From IMG/VR virus record IMGVR_UViG_3300025141_015556: a stretch of 64,000 nucleotides of DNA; one strand, 5' to 3'. The translations under genes and the position numbers were made by a program. This document shows, piece by piece, positions 1 to 7,531 of the stretch. This stretch comes from a virus. How positions within the stretch are numbered: the stretch's first letter is position 1; each line of letters starts with the position of its first letter. The notes under the pieces are model-generated. The model ran no database searches. It saw only the letters and a list, made by a program, of their open reading frames with translations, and was not told the origin of the DNA.

Positions 1-340
1 CAACTTTTTTTATTCCCACGTGCCGCATTGCATTCTCACACATGCGGCACGGTTTGCTAATTCTTGCTTTACCTTCTCTGTTAATACGGGCCACATATAT
101 AGTGGCGCCTTGAGTAGTCGAACGTTCCATCCCCAGAATTGCGCCCAGTTCTGCGTGCAGCGTAGCATCACCACGCCCCTCGCGACGGAAGCGACTACCG
201 AAACTGCAGTGTCGATGTTTGTTGCAGGAAGCACTTCGTACGGAGCTGCCCTTCACAAGAACGGCGCCATGTCTAAACTTTCCATAATTTGATTGTTCTG
301 CCACTCTCTTGGCGAACTCTATATATCTCTTGTTCTTCAA
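1..340 (-). CDS. Zn-dependent cytidine/deoxycytidylate deaminase family protein (3' end runs off the window; absent from ORF track)
   Basis: Manual translation from TTG at 340 (GAGGA RBS upstream): MKNKRYIEFAKRVAEQSNYGKFRHGAVLVKG...LHAELGAI...IYVAR...SKPCRMCENAMRHVGIKKV; HAE and PCxxC motifs; frame open to the window edge. Confidence 0.85.
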   Translation of the reverse strand, partial: MKNKRYIEFAKRVAEQSNYGKFRHGAVLVKGSSVRSASCNKHRHCSFGSRFRREGRGDATLHAELGAILGMERSTTQGATIYVARINREGKARISKPCRMCENAMRHVGIKKV

Positions 341-370
341 CTGTATCCTCTAACGTATGAAGCTCCTATG

Positions 371-399
371 AGTATACCTCACAGGAGCCTCGAAGTCAA
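371..399 (-). promoter_or_regulatory. sigma70-like promoter (TTGACT-17 nt-TATACT) upstream of the deaminase
   Basis: Minus strand reads aacccTTGACTtcgaggctcctgtgaggTATACT; intergenic, about 30 nt before the start codon. Confidence 0.8.
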
Positions 400-430
400 G
401 GGTTAAGTTTAATAAGTATCGGGAATCTCC

Positions 431-1030
431 TCAGTCGCCGCGGGCCCAGACCTCGTAGTCAGCCACCAGCGGTATTCCGGTCTCGTGTTCGACAGGGCCA
501 CCCCTCTCCTCGTTCCAGTTCCCGTTAGGGCCTCCAAAGGCGCTGTGCCATTTCCCATCTGGCTCTGCTACGGCGCGGAAGGCATCCATCCGATCTGTAC
601 CAATATCTTTGTGCGCTATATTTATCCACTTAATTTCTTCTTTAAAAAATTTCTTCATCTCAGCTTCGCTGATCTTTCCTGCATCGTAAAGGTCTTGCAT
701 ATACAGTGGTTGCAAGCGTTTGCTGCCGTCGGGAAAAATCCTCGGCTGTTTAAGGGCCTTTTGTTCTTCAGCTTCCAGCGCGTCGTGATACGGATCTGGT
801 TTGGCGCGCCGTACGGGATCACCTAGTTCGGCCGTTGGATCCGTTTGTGGCGGTGTGCTGCTCGGTCCACCACCCCCCACAGCAGCTGCTCCTAGGGCGC
901 CTGCCGCGGCAAGACTTGCAAGCCTTTGTTTCAGACCTTCATCCAGCGACTCTTCTTCGCCCTCTTCCAAAAACCTGCGCCAGCTCTCTGTCATTAGCTG
1001 GGCTTCTTTATAACTGGACCACTTACTCAT
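431..1030 (-). CDS. Hypothetical protein with N-terminal ESWRRFLEE leader; possible internal head protein
   Basis: Start re-placed at MSKWSS (1030; GGAG RBS, late-type motif at 1054-1061); leader QLMTESWRRFLEE resembles that of the neighbouring kinase. Confidence 0.7.
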   Translation of the reverse strand: MSKWSSYKEAQLMTESWRRFLEEGEEESLDEGLKQRLASLAAAGALGAAAVGGGGPSSTPPQTDPTAELGDPVRRAKPDPYHDALEAEEQKALKQPRIFPDGSKRLQPLYMQDLYDAGKISEAEMKKFFKEEIKWINIAHKDIGTDRMDAFRAVAEPDGKWHSAFGGPNGNWNEERGGPVEHETGIPLVADYEVWARGD

Positions 1031-1053
1031 TGTTGTTCTCCGGGAATACATAC

Positions 1054-1061
1054 TAATTAGT
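1054..1061 (-). promoter_or_regulatory. Putative late promoter element ACTAATTA
   Basis: Intergenic copy of the recurring ACTA(T/A/C)TTA motif. Confidence 0.6.
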
Positions 1062-1069
1062 CTTATTCT

Positions 1070-1987
1070 TTATCTACGTCGTATTCTCTTTAATGATGGA
1101 ATGCCAACAAGCTTTACTGTTGTATATCCCTCTGTTCTATCGGGCGCTGAATATTGGCCAAAGAAGCGATCATAGGCTTGAGGGGGAATGGTTTTTGATC
1201 TTCCTGGTTCGGCAGCAATTTCTTGTGCTCGGGTGGTAGCAATTTGTTTAATTTCTTCCTTCTCTTCGTCGCTCCAGCCGTCAAGACTATTGGCGAAAAC
1301 ATACGCCTCTTGAACAAACCTATCATTAATAATTTTAGAAGCCTCTTCGGAAGTAAGATTGGCCATTGGTATTTTGGTGATGGCACTAGCCATTTGCATA
1401 CGATGACCATCTCTTTCATCACGTGACATATTAAGCATGTCGACAACAACATTCTTTTTTTCTGTAGCGTATGTACTTCTCGCCGTTTCAAACTCATCCT
1501 TTATCGCTTCGTTAGCAGACTTAATCTTGGGATAATATAAGGGAACAAAAACATTAATAGGTACTCCCCATCCGCCTTCGGTACGTGGCGTCAAAGCTTT
1601 AATATAATCCTGTGCCTCAAAGGGAGCCACGGGGCCAAATTGTTTTGTCTCAGCTACATGTTCTTTATTAAATTTATCTGCGACTGCCTGCAAGGAAGCT
1701 AAATATTGTTCAACCTTTTGTGGATCTTCGGGGCTCGGAAGGCCGGGAGGGAGTATCTCTTTGGGAGGTCTCTTATACATATCATCATATGTTCCAACGC
1801 CGCTTTCCCGGGCAACTTTTTCAACTATGTCATCACGATTAAGAATCGAAAATTCACCTGATATGTTTTTCTCTACCCACGTTGACTTTCCTACTGCGGG
1901 GGGGCCGACCAGAAAGATCATTCGCGGCTTGGTTGGGCCCCCTTGTTCACTCAAGAACCTCTTCCAACTTTCCATTATCAGCTTCAT
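1070..1987 (-). CDS. P-loop kinase (AAA_33/polynucleotide kinase-like) with MKLIMESWKRFLSE leader
   Basis: Walker A GPPAVGKST, ILNRDDI, VVVDMLN, C-terminal KTIP...PDRTEGY typical of this family. Confidence 0.75.
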   Translation of the reverse strand: MKLIMESWKRFLSEQGGPTKPRMIFLVGPPAVGKSTWVEKNISGEFSILNRDDIVEKVARESGVGTYDDMYKRPPKEILPPGLPSPEDPQKVEQYLASLQAVADKFNKEHVAETKQFGPVAPFEAQDYIKALTPRTEGGWGVPINVFVPLYYPKIKSANEAIKDEFETARSTYATEKKNVVVDMLNMSRDERDGHRMQMASAITKIPMANLTSEEASKIINDRFVQEAYVFANSLDGWSDEEKEEIKQIATTRAQEIAAEPGRSKTIPPQAYDRFFGQYSAPDRTEGYTTVKLVGIPSLKRIRRR

Positions 1988-2001
1988 CGTAAAACCTGAT
2001 A

Positions 2002-2009
2002 TAAATAGT
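2002..2009 (-). promoter_or_regulatory. Putative late promoter element ACTATTTA
   Basis: Copy of the recurring motif about 15 nt upstream of the kinase start. Confidence 0.6.
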
Positions 2010-3118
2010 TACTCGTCGTCTAAAGTGTAATGATCTTCTGCGTTGCCGATGCGATTATCAAACTTCATAATAATTTCTTCATCCATTATATCGAACACTC
2101 GGCGCCTAAACCGCTCATCTTCTAGCTTATCGATCCAATGGGATCCTTGGAATTTCTCTTCCGAGCCATCATCATGCACCAAGGCATACCATGCGCCTGC
2201 TCGCTTGAGATTCTCCGAAGACTTAATAGCTTCAAGCCAGGATTCTTCATCCTGCACGCCAACATTTTCTCCCCACAGAATCTTAAAGGCACAGTTACGC
2301 CCCTGCGTTCCGAAGCGAGACTTCTCCAGCTTAACCTTCACTTCTGATCCGATGCGGAATCCATTGTCGTCCAGAACAAAGCTGGCCTTGGCCTTGCGTC
2401 CGGTTAGCCAGACGCGCAGAGAATAAGCATAAATCATTGCCTTCCCTCCCGGTGTGACGTACGGAGTGGTCATGGCCTCAGCCGGAAACCTTGTGATGTT
2501 GGTCTTCAATTGGTTTAGAACCAGAAAGGTTGATTGGCTGTTCGCAATAGGGATGGTCAGCTTGGACATTCCCTTGGCGAGGATGCGAGCCTTCACTGCC
2601 ATCGATGATTGAGGGTTGAAATCTCCCTCCACGTCTGAAACAGACGGGGTAAGGGCGAGCGAATCCCAAATAAACAGGGTTTTCTCTGCTCCGCTATTGA
2701 GGATTTGTTCAATAGTTTCAAGTACTTGCTCGACTGACTGGACCTGAACGTAAATAAGCGTCTCTAAGTCACATCCGGCGCGCTCTAAGAAGGCTGGATC
2801 GATCGCAGACTCGGCATCCATATAGATTACATTCATGCCCATTCTCTGGGCGTTGCCAGCAATCTGTGCAGCCATGAAAGATTTGCCTGTTGATTCTAAA
2901 CCAGCAATCTCTGATATCTTTCCAACCGGAATGCCCGCAAGCTTCCCGCGGCATATAATGCTATCGAGCCAGCGTGATCCTGTGGGAATCCATTCCTTAA
3001 CCTCGGTTGGATTTTCATTTTTAAGATTGTAGGCAACTTCCATTCCAGAAGTTTTATTGATTAAGCTTCGAAGATCGCCAATAGAAACCTTGCCCGCCGT
3101 TGATTTACTCCGCGCCAT
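2009..3118 (-). CDS. uvsX: RecA/UvsX-like recombinase
   Basis: WIPTGSRWLD, GIPVGKISEIAGLESTGKS (Walker A), IWDS (Walker B), LNQLK, TPGGKA, KSRF; start re-placed at MARSK (3118, AAGGA RBS). Confidence 0.93.
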   Translation of the reverse strand: MARSKSTAGKVSIGDLRSLINKTSGMEVAYNLKNENPTEVKEWIPTGSRWLDSIICRGKLAGIPVGKISEIAGLESTGKSFMAAQIAGNAQRMGMNVIYMDAESAIDPAFLERAGCDLETLIYVQVQSVEQVLETIEQILNSGAEKTLFIWDSLALTPSVSDVEGDFNPQSSMAVKARILAKGMSKLTIPIANSQSTFLVLNQLKTNITRFPAEAMTTPYVTPGGKAMIYAYSLRVWLTGRKAKASFVLDDNGFRIGSEVKVKLEKSRFGTQGRNCAFKILWGENVGVQDEESWLEAIKSSENLKRAGAWYALVHDDGSEEKFQGSHWIDKLEDERFRRRVFDIMDEEIIMKFDNRIGNAEDHYTLDDE

Positions 3119-3230
3119 CTCGATCCTTTGTTCTTTCCTGAAGCTCATAAACTTGAGCATCCAGACGTCTAAGCCTATACACTAAATAAAATGCGCCTAT
3201 AAAAAACGCCAGTGCGGGTAGCAACTCCAT
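3105..3230 (-). CDS. Small single-pass membrane protein, 41 aa (not in ORF track)
   Basis: AGGAG RBS then ATG at 3230: MELLPALAFFIGAFYLVYRLRRLDAQVYELQERTKDRDGAE*; fills the gp32-uvsX gap and overlaps the uvsX start. Confidence 0.7.
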   Translation of the reverse strand: MELLPALAFFIGAFYLVYRLRRLDAQVYELQERTKDRDGAE

Positions 3231-3249
3231 CTTGTCTCCTAAAATAAAT

Positions 3250-3274
3250 AAGGCACCTGATAACCCTGTGCCTT
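3250..3274 (-). terminator. Stem-loop downstream of gp32 (terminator, attenuator or processing site)
   Basis: AAGGCAC-11 nt loop-GTGCCTT followed on the minus strand by ATTTATTTT. Confidence 0.45.
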
Positions 3275-3290
3275 CCTGTGGGTGAATAAT

Positions 3291-4067
3291 TTACAGGGCG
3301 CCCAGCTCTGCGAACGCAGCATCAACAGCGTTCGTCTCTTCACTAGCGTTGCTTTCGTTATACTTCTTAGTCTCCGAAGAAACCGTTTCCGGATCTTCAA
3401 CACCACCATTAACAAAGGCGTCCAACATGGCGCTTACGTCATTAAATGTCTTGCGCTCAAAAAGAGTATCAAAATCGGGGATAGACTCAAGCAGTTCTGT
3501 GCACTTTTCGGAGGTCATATCCTCGCATAGTTCAGAACTGCGCCGCCTCGGCGTAAGCTTCGTCTGCGGGAAGCTGGCGCCTGGAGGCTTGCCATACACC
3601 ATCGTCAAATCGGTACCGGTTTCGGGATCGGTAATGTCTCCATACTCGGGGTTCAAAACAAGAGTAAGAAGGTTCTCATACGCAGTCTTACCATAGCCCC
3701 AGATACGGACTCCCTTATCTTCCTCACCGCGAACCAACACGGGGGAGAAGAAGCGCGCTCGAACAAAAAGACTCTTGGCAAGCTTCTTACTTTCCTCATC
3801 GTTATTGTCAACGCCTTCGCGCCACAGCTGTGAAGCAAAGTCACATACGGGGCACTCTTCTCCAAAATTGCGCTTAGGACATAAAAATCCTGGATTCGTT
3901 GCCAAATTATAATGGAACCACTTCTCCTTGAAAGGGTCCCCATCGGAAGTCGGAACAATTCGAATGCTCTGCTCCCCATCGTTGGGACGCCAGAAGGTGT
4001 CCCTATCGCCGCCTTCGCCGCGAACGTTAGCGAGCTTTGCTCGCATCTTTTCTACATTAATACCCAT
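3291..4067 (-). CDS. gp32: T4 gp32-like single-stranded DNA-binding protein
   Basis: FWRP...IRIVP, HY...CPKRNFGEECPVC zinc site, WGYGK, DITDPETGTDL, acidic C-terminus ending DAAFAEL. Confidence 0.9.
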   Translation of the reverse strand: MGINVEKMRAKLANVRGEGGDRDTFWRPNDGEQSIRIVPTSDGDPFKEKWFHYNLATNPGFLCPKRNFGEECPVCDFASQLWREGVDNNDEESKKLAKSLFVRARFFSPVLVRGEEDKGVRIWGYGKTAYENLLTLVLNPEYGDITDPETGTDLTMVYGKPPGASFPQTKLTPRRRSSELCEDMTSEKCTELLESIPDFDTLFERKTFNDVSAMLDAFVNGGVEDPETVSSETKKYNESNASEETNAVDAAFAELGAL

Positions 4068-4098
4068 TTTGTTTTCCTTTCATCGGGTTAGAGTACGA

Positions 4099-4956
4099 TC
4101 AGCCAATATCCTGATCGTCTAAAATATCTATATATGATTGTACCACAGAAGAATGCTTAATGCAATAACAATATTTTTGTTCATAGTTGGTTTTATATAC
4201 ACCATAAGAAACATTAAGATTGTCTTCTACTTTGTCTTTGACAAAGCTTGTGATGTTCTTGAAAAGCTTCTCGTTTGTCTTCAACTCTTCCTCATTGATA
4301 CCATAATAGTATACCACATCACGTGGTAATTGCAAGTCAAAAAACCATTTTTCTTCGCCATTTTCTAGGTCCAAAACCCCCACGGTTGATATCCTAGAAA
4401 TTTCCGCAGGCTGAGTGAAGGTGCCCAAAACAGCCTCCGACCGATTAAATACAGTTATCATATGAAACGTGTTAACAATCGCCTGATTAATGGCATCATA
4501 ATATTCCATAATGGAAATATCACCAAGCACCTCTTGCATCTGTAAATTTGAAATCAAATAAATTCTTTCCACAAGTCCGGAGCGCGCATACTCTTGAAGA
4601 ACATTATAAACTATTCTCTCTTGCTTGGCTTCTAGTTCACTTAAAAGCTGTATATCGGGGCGCACATATAAAATGGAAGTCGGATTATGAGATAGCTCCT
4701 GTAATATTCTCAAGCAACACCCGGTTATCGCGCCGGCGCCGGCCAATATAAAAATGCTTTCTCCATGAATTTTCTTAAATTGCTTCGCGAAAGAGGGGTA
4801 GTTTTCTTCGTACTGTTGGTGTCCTTTCTGTTTTGGAATATTAAAACAGCCGGGCCCCTTGATTCCGGTATCTATTTTATAAATACTATATTGTGGAAAT
4901 TTAGAAAAACAATTTGCAATTGCGCAGCCGGCGCTCCCAAGACCTATTATATTCAT
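4099..4956 (-). CDS. Tubulin/FtsZ-like GTPase-domain protein (PhuZ/TubZ-like, degenerate signature)
   Basis: N-terminal IIGLGSAGCAIA (T1 loop), IDT, ILAGAGAITG in place of the GGGTGSG T4 loop, YVRP, ISN, INQAI. Confidence 0.65.
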   Translation of the reverse strand: MNIIGLGSAGCAIANCFSKFPQYSIYKIDTGIKGPGCFNIPKQKGHQQYEENYPSFAKQFKKIHGESIFILAGAGAITGCCLRILQELSHNPTSILYVRPDIQLLSELEAKQERIVYNVLQEYARSGLVERIYLISNLQMQEVLGDISIMEYYDAINQAIVNTFHMITVFNRSEAVLGTFTQPAEISRISTVGVLDLENGEEKWFFDLQLPRDVVYYYGINEEELKTNEKLFKNITSFVKDKVEDNLNVSYGVYKTNYEQKYCYCIKHSSVVQSYIDILDDQDIG

Positions 4957-4989
4957 TCCCCTGCCCAATCAAAAATATTGCAATGTTTT

Positions 4990-6183
4990 TTAGCCATTGT
5001 AATTTAACCTTTTCATCTCGCCAAAGGTTTTGCCCACGGATATATTTACTTTATATTTACCAAATTTAGTTTCACTAAAGCTTTTCATAAGATCTGGAAT
5101 AAGGTATCTATCTTCATCTTTTAAATCGATAACAATCGAATCGTGAAGCATGAATGCGATATTGCTCTTTTGTTCTTTAAGTTTATCATTGATCTGAACC
5201 GCCTTTGCTAATACCAGATCGCTCGTTGTGCTTTGTATAATATAATTCAAGGCGTGGTGATTGTCAACATTTTTTATTTCTCTTTTGAACTCTGTTACAA
5301 TGTCGTGGCCATCCCAATATTTTTCAAGAACCAGCTCTTTGTTATAAAATCTTTGGGCGCGCTTGTTCGCCCTCTTTGAATATAGCCATGCAAATATTTT
5401 CTTCTTGGCCTCTTCTCGTGTCAAATTTCCATCATAAATATTTTTAATATTCCATTCATGAATGTCTTGCTCTGGCTGTGATTCCCCAGAGAGGGCCAAC
5501 AGGGTCCGGACTTCGGCCGCATTGTAATCTAGTTCCAAAAACCAATCATTTTGTGGAAAAATACATCCTCGAAATTCCTTGTTTAACGTCAATATGGGGA
5601 AGGTGTTGGGCACCCCGGCCAGACGGCCGGTAATGGTGCCCCACGGATTATAGTCACAAATCTTTTTAATTTTTTGAATACGGCCAGCAAAATTTTTACC
5701 CTGTAAAGAGCCCAATTTATGTTTTATCGCACTTAAATTGATTCTCAATGGTTGTTGTCTTATGTCACCAATCAGTTTTAGGACATCGGTCATATCATCA
5801 TGATTTTGAGGCCTAGGATAAGTTTCAAAAACATGCTTGGTGATTTCATTTTTAAGATCATAAAATTCGAAAAGGAATGGTTCTGGTAGGATCTCATAAA
5901 GGCACAGCTCTTCTAAATTTAACTTGGACAATATAAATGATTTTCTAAATGCTTCAAATTTTGTTTTAATTCTCTCCCACATAGACTTATATTGCGGAGG
6001 GCACACCTCAGTTAAATTTTTGCCATTACAATATACACGCCCAAATTCAATTTGGTAATTTTTCAAACTCGTGCTGTAATCCCATGTTTTTGTTAATGAC
6101 GCATCAGGTAGATAGTAATAAAAATTTCCCTCAGCATAATATCCAATACATTGATTTTTGTTATCTAATGGTTGAAAAAACAA
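4990..6183 (-). CDS. Minimal family A DNA polymerase (polymerase domain only)
   Basis: TITGRL, motif A ELDYNAAEVR, motif B REEAKKKIFAWLY, ALNYIIQSTTSD, motif C MLHDSIVID; only 397 aa. Confidence 0.85.
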   Translation of the reverse strand: MFFQPLDNKNQCIGYYAEGNFYYYLPDASLTKTWDYSTSLKNYQIEFGRVYCNGKNLTEVCPPQYKSMWERIKTKFEAFRKSFILSKLNLEELCLYEILPEPFLFEFYDLKNEITKHVFETYPRPQNHDDMTDVLKLIGDIRQQPLRINLSAIKHKLGSLQGKNFAGRIQKIKKICDYNPWGTITGRLAGVPNTFPILTLNKEFRGCIFPQNDWFLELDYNAAEVRTLLALSGESQPEQDIHEWNIKNIYDGNLTREEAKKKIFAWLYSKRANKRAQRFYNKELVLEKYWDGHDIVTEFKREIKNVDNHHALNYIIQSTTSDLVLAKAVQINDKLKEQKSNIAFMLHDSIVIDLKDEDRYLIPDLMKSFSETKFGKYKVNISVGKTFGEMKRLNYNG

Positions 6184-6192
6184 ATGTCCTCC

Positions 6193-7515
6193 CTAATCGA
6201 ACTCAGTAAGCCTTTCTACTAATGACCTATGTGTTATTCTACCATCTTTATGTTTCCATTTCAAGGGTTTTATATTTTTTGATGTCATCAAAAAGCTGCG
6301 CGGATAAACGTATCTTTTATAAATAGAATTAATATAAATTATAGCATTTTCAAGCCCACTTGAGAATTTAATTGGCTTTATATCATAAACATCACGAGCA
6401 ATACGTACCATATATTCTTTGTTGAGGTGTGTGTTCCCCTGCTCTATGGTTCGTAAATCAATATAAAAGTTTATCCAATCGAAATCTAGCATTTTTATTG
6501 ACAGCGTATGTAATGACGCATCCGGGAATCTTTGAATGGGTTCGGATATTGCTGTTTTATTTGGACATCGAGCGTCTGCGATCTTTTCTTCTTGATAAAA
6601 AGGATTCAAGTCAATGTATTTATTATAAAAATTAACAAACATCTCCTTCAAATTAGCAATGTCGTAAAGGCAACTAGGATTATAATAGTGAGAAAAGAAA
6701 TTTCTTTTTGTGATCGAATTTCCCCCGAGGTTGGTATAGCGACCTACATAAGCAAGCATCGCTGGAGAAAAAAGATCTGCGGTTAAAATCCATGGGGCGT
6801 TTTTATTTACTATAAACCCAAATTTTTTGGCCGCGGCTCGATAAAAAGCAAAATTTGGATCACTTACAAAATGGCGAAATTTTTCCTTATCATTTCCACA
6901 ATCATAATTTCCTATTTTAATGGTGATCCCTGAGATCTGTGGATTCACGGTGCCCGTAAGGAGAAAATTTGTTATTGTAATGGGCAATATTCTTGCAGAA
7001 TCTTTCAAGAACTGTTTAAAAACAGGAACAAATGTCTCAAAATTTTTAATTTTGTTATTGTGCACCGGCATATAGTATCTCAGCATGCCTTCATATATAC
7101 CTTCTATGTACGTGCCGTATGATTTTTCCGGACACACCCATCCCTCCGAGGCCATCAGAAATCTTAGATCTTCATTACTGCCAGGAGCCAACAATCCATT
7201 AGTAGTGGCAGTTTTCATATGCCTTGCGAAAGCTTCAAATGACTCAACTACAAAATCGGCTGCGTATACTCTTTTCTTTTTTGCGCTTATGACCGGTCGC
7301 AAACGTTTAGCGTTGAACATAATGGTGTTTTGTGCATTGTCTACGCGACCATAAAGTGACTTGCCGTACCACGTGTCCAAATCAGTAGGATAGTCGTCGG
7401 GATAAACGGCATCACTGTACAAAGAACGTTGATAAAAAAGAGCTAGGGGGCTTAAATCATTAGTCCCTAGAGGATTTATCTCATCATTAATTGAATAATC
7501 GAATATAGCTACCAT
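6193..7515 (-). CDS. Hypothetical protein at the end of the tail/baseplate module
   Basis: Long ORF; start re-placed at MVAIFDY (7515, GGAG RBS), which removes the overlap with the upstream gene. Confidence 0.7.
   Translation of the reverse strand: MVAIFDYSINDEINPLGTNDLSPLALFYQRSLYSDAVYPDDYPTDLDTWYGKSLYGRVDNAQNTIMFNAKRLRPVISAKKKRVYAADFVVESFEAFARHMKTATTNGLLAPGSNEDLRFLMASEGWVCPEKSYGTYIEGIYEGMLRYYMPVHNNKIKNFETFVPVFKQFLKDSARILPITITNFLLTGTVNPQISGITIKIGNYDCGNDKEKFRHFVSDPNFAFYRAAAKKFGFIVNKNAPWILTADLFSPAMLAYVGRYTNLGGNSITKRNFFSHYYNPSCLYDIANLKEMFVNFYNKYIDLNPFYQEEKIADARCPNKTAISEPIQRFPDASLHTLSIKMLDFDWINFYIDLRTIEQGNTHLNKEYMVRIARDVYDIKPIKFSSGLENAIIYINSIYKRYVYPRSFLMTSKNIKPLKWKHKDGRITHRSLVERLTEFD
6236..6264 (-). 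promoter_or_regulatory. sigma70-like promoter (TTGAAA-17 nt-TAGAAT) for the replication operon, inside the upstream gene's 3' end
   Basis: Minus strand aacccTTGAAAtggaaacataaagatggTAGAAT; same AACCC prefix as the 371-399 promoter. Confidence 0.6.
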
Positions 7516-7531
7516 TTTAATACTCTCCGTT

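Noticed and set aside
10-292. ORF-track calls 10-234 (-) and 20-292 (+)
   Set aside because: A different minus frame (340 to the edge) encodes a clear deaminase
2000-2007. T4 late promoter TATAAATA driving plus-strand genes (also near 24271 and 50908)
   Set aside because: No credible plus-strand genes follow; better explained as the reverse complement of the minus-strand CTATTTA element. Antisense transcription is not excluded
4953-4997. 14-codon ORF MAKKHCNIFDWAGE linking the polymerase stop and the tubulin start (ATGA overlap)
   Set aside because: Too short to support; could be a translational-coupling device or chance
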